This document shows positions 33,837 through 33,970 of a stretch of DNA of 33,970 bases, one piece after another. Source of the DNA: Vitrella brassicaformis CCMP3155 (lineage: Eukaryota; Protista; Chromerida); contig CDMY01000665.1 of NCBI GenBank assembly GCA_001179505.1, forward strand, positions 1 through 33,970. Direction: 5' to 3'. Position numbers and translations under genes: made by a program. A model generated the notes under the pieces. It worked only from the letters and a program-made list of their open reading frames with translations, did no database searches and was not told the origin of the DNA. Numbering within the stretch: position 1 is the stretch's first letter; every line of letters starts with the position of its first letter.

Positions 33837-33970
33837 CCATCGAAAATCTCAAGCACATAAGACACTCATACGTTGAGCTCTACGAGGCGACAAAGAAGGT
33901 GAGAGAGAGAGAGAGAGGGGCAGACGCACTGACACACTTGGTGGTGGGATGGATGTGGTGTTGATGTTTG
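32860..33970. repeat. Inverted segmental duplicate of ~13257-14345, including 5' flank, exons and introns
   Basis: ggcaacagaatt...tttcttgggttttccctcgctgcctccctc... aligns with the reverse complement of 14345 downward. Introns are alignable. Confidence 0.92.
33022..33970 (+). CDS. Second copy of the secreted Tyr/His/Lys-rich protein (partial, runs off the window)
   Basis: MRVCPLVAVTLLLAAS|VSVAVCEAQQQQQQPSPSLVRSLAEDDAVSVKGKKP...YYYKRNDVG|LKGFAYLAGSKFSGLVKKVDKIIKYLQ|SRGHYYEPQDIKKLYYNDDSYK|PIENLKHIRHSYVELYEATKK, with the same intron positions as 14181-12729. Confidence 0.82.

Overview
Eukaryotic genomic DNA: GC-rich, with many short introns full of (GT)n, (GA)n, (GGAT)n and (CAGA)n microsatellites, and three 300-N assembly gaps. 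The style suggests a chromerid alveolate such as Vitrella; this is an inference only. Most listed six-frame ORFs are microsatellite or intron artefacts, so I rebuilt the genes by hand from splice signals and all exon models need RNA confirmation. Genes, left to right: intronless GrpB/UPF0157 (-), bestrophin (-), POC5 (+), RING-TLDc fusion (+) followed by a degenerate tandem copy of its 3' end, secreted Tyr/His/Lys-rich protein with a (GYNGG) tail (-), GT34 glycosyltransferase (-), very large metacaspase-like gene with catalytic His replaced by Val (+), uncharacterised multi-pass membrane protein (-), membrane-anchored class II O-methyltransferase (+), truncated RING-TLDc paralog fragment (-), and a second copy of the secreted gene (+, runs off the window). 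The best leads are the duplicated secreted Gly/Tyr-rich family with replacement-biased divergence, the probable pseudo-metacaspase, the RING-TLDc architecture and several introns that appear to need GC donors. I found no rRNA, tRNA, CRISPR array or transposase.
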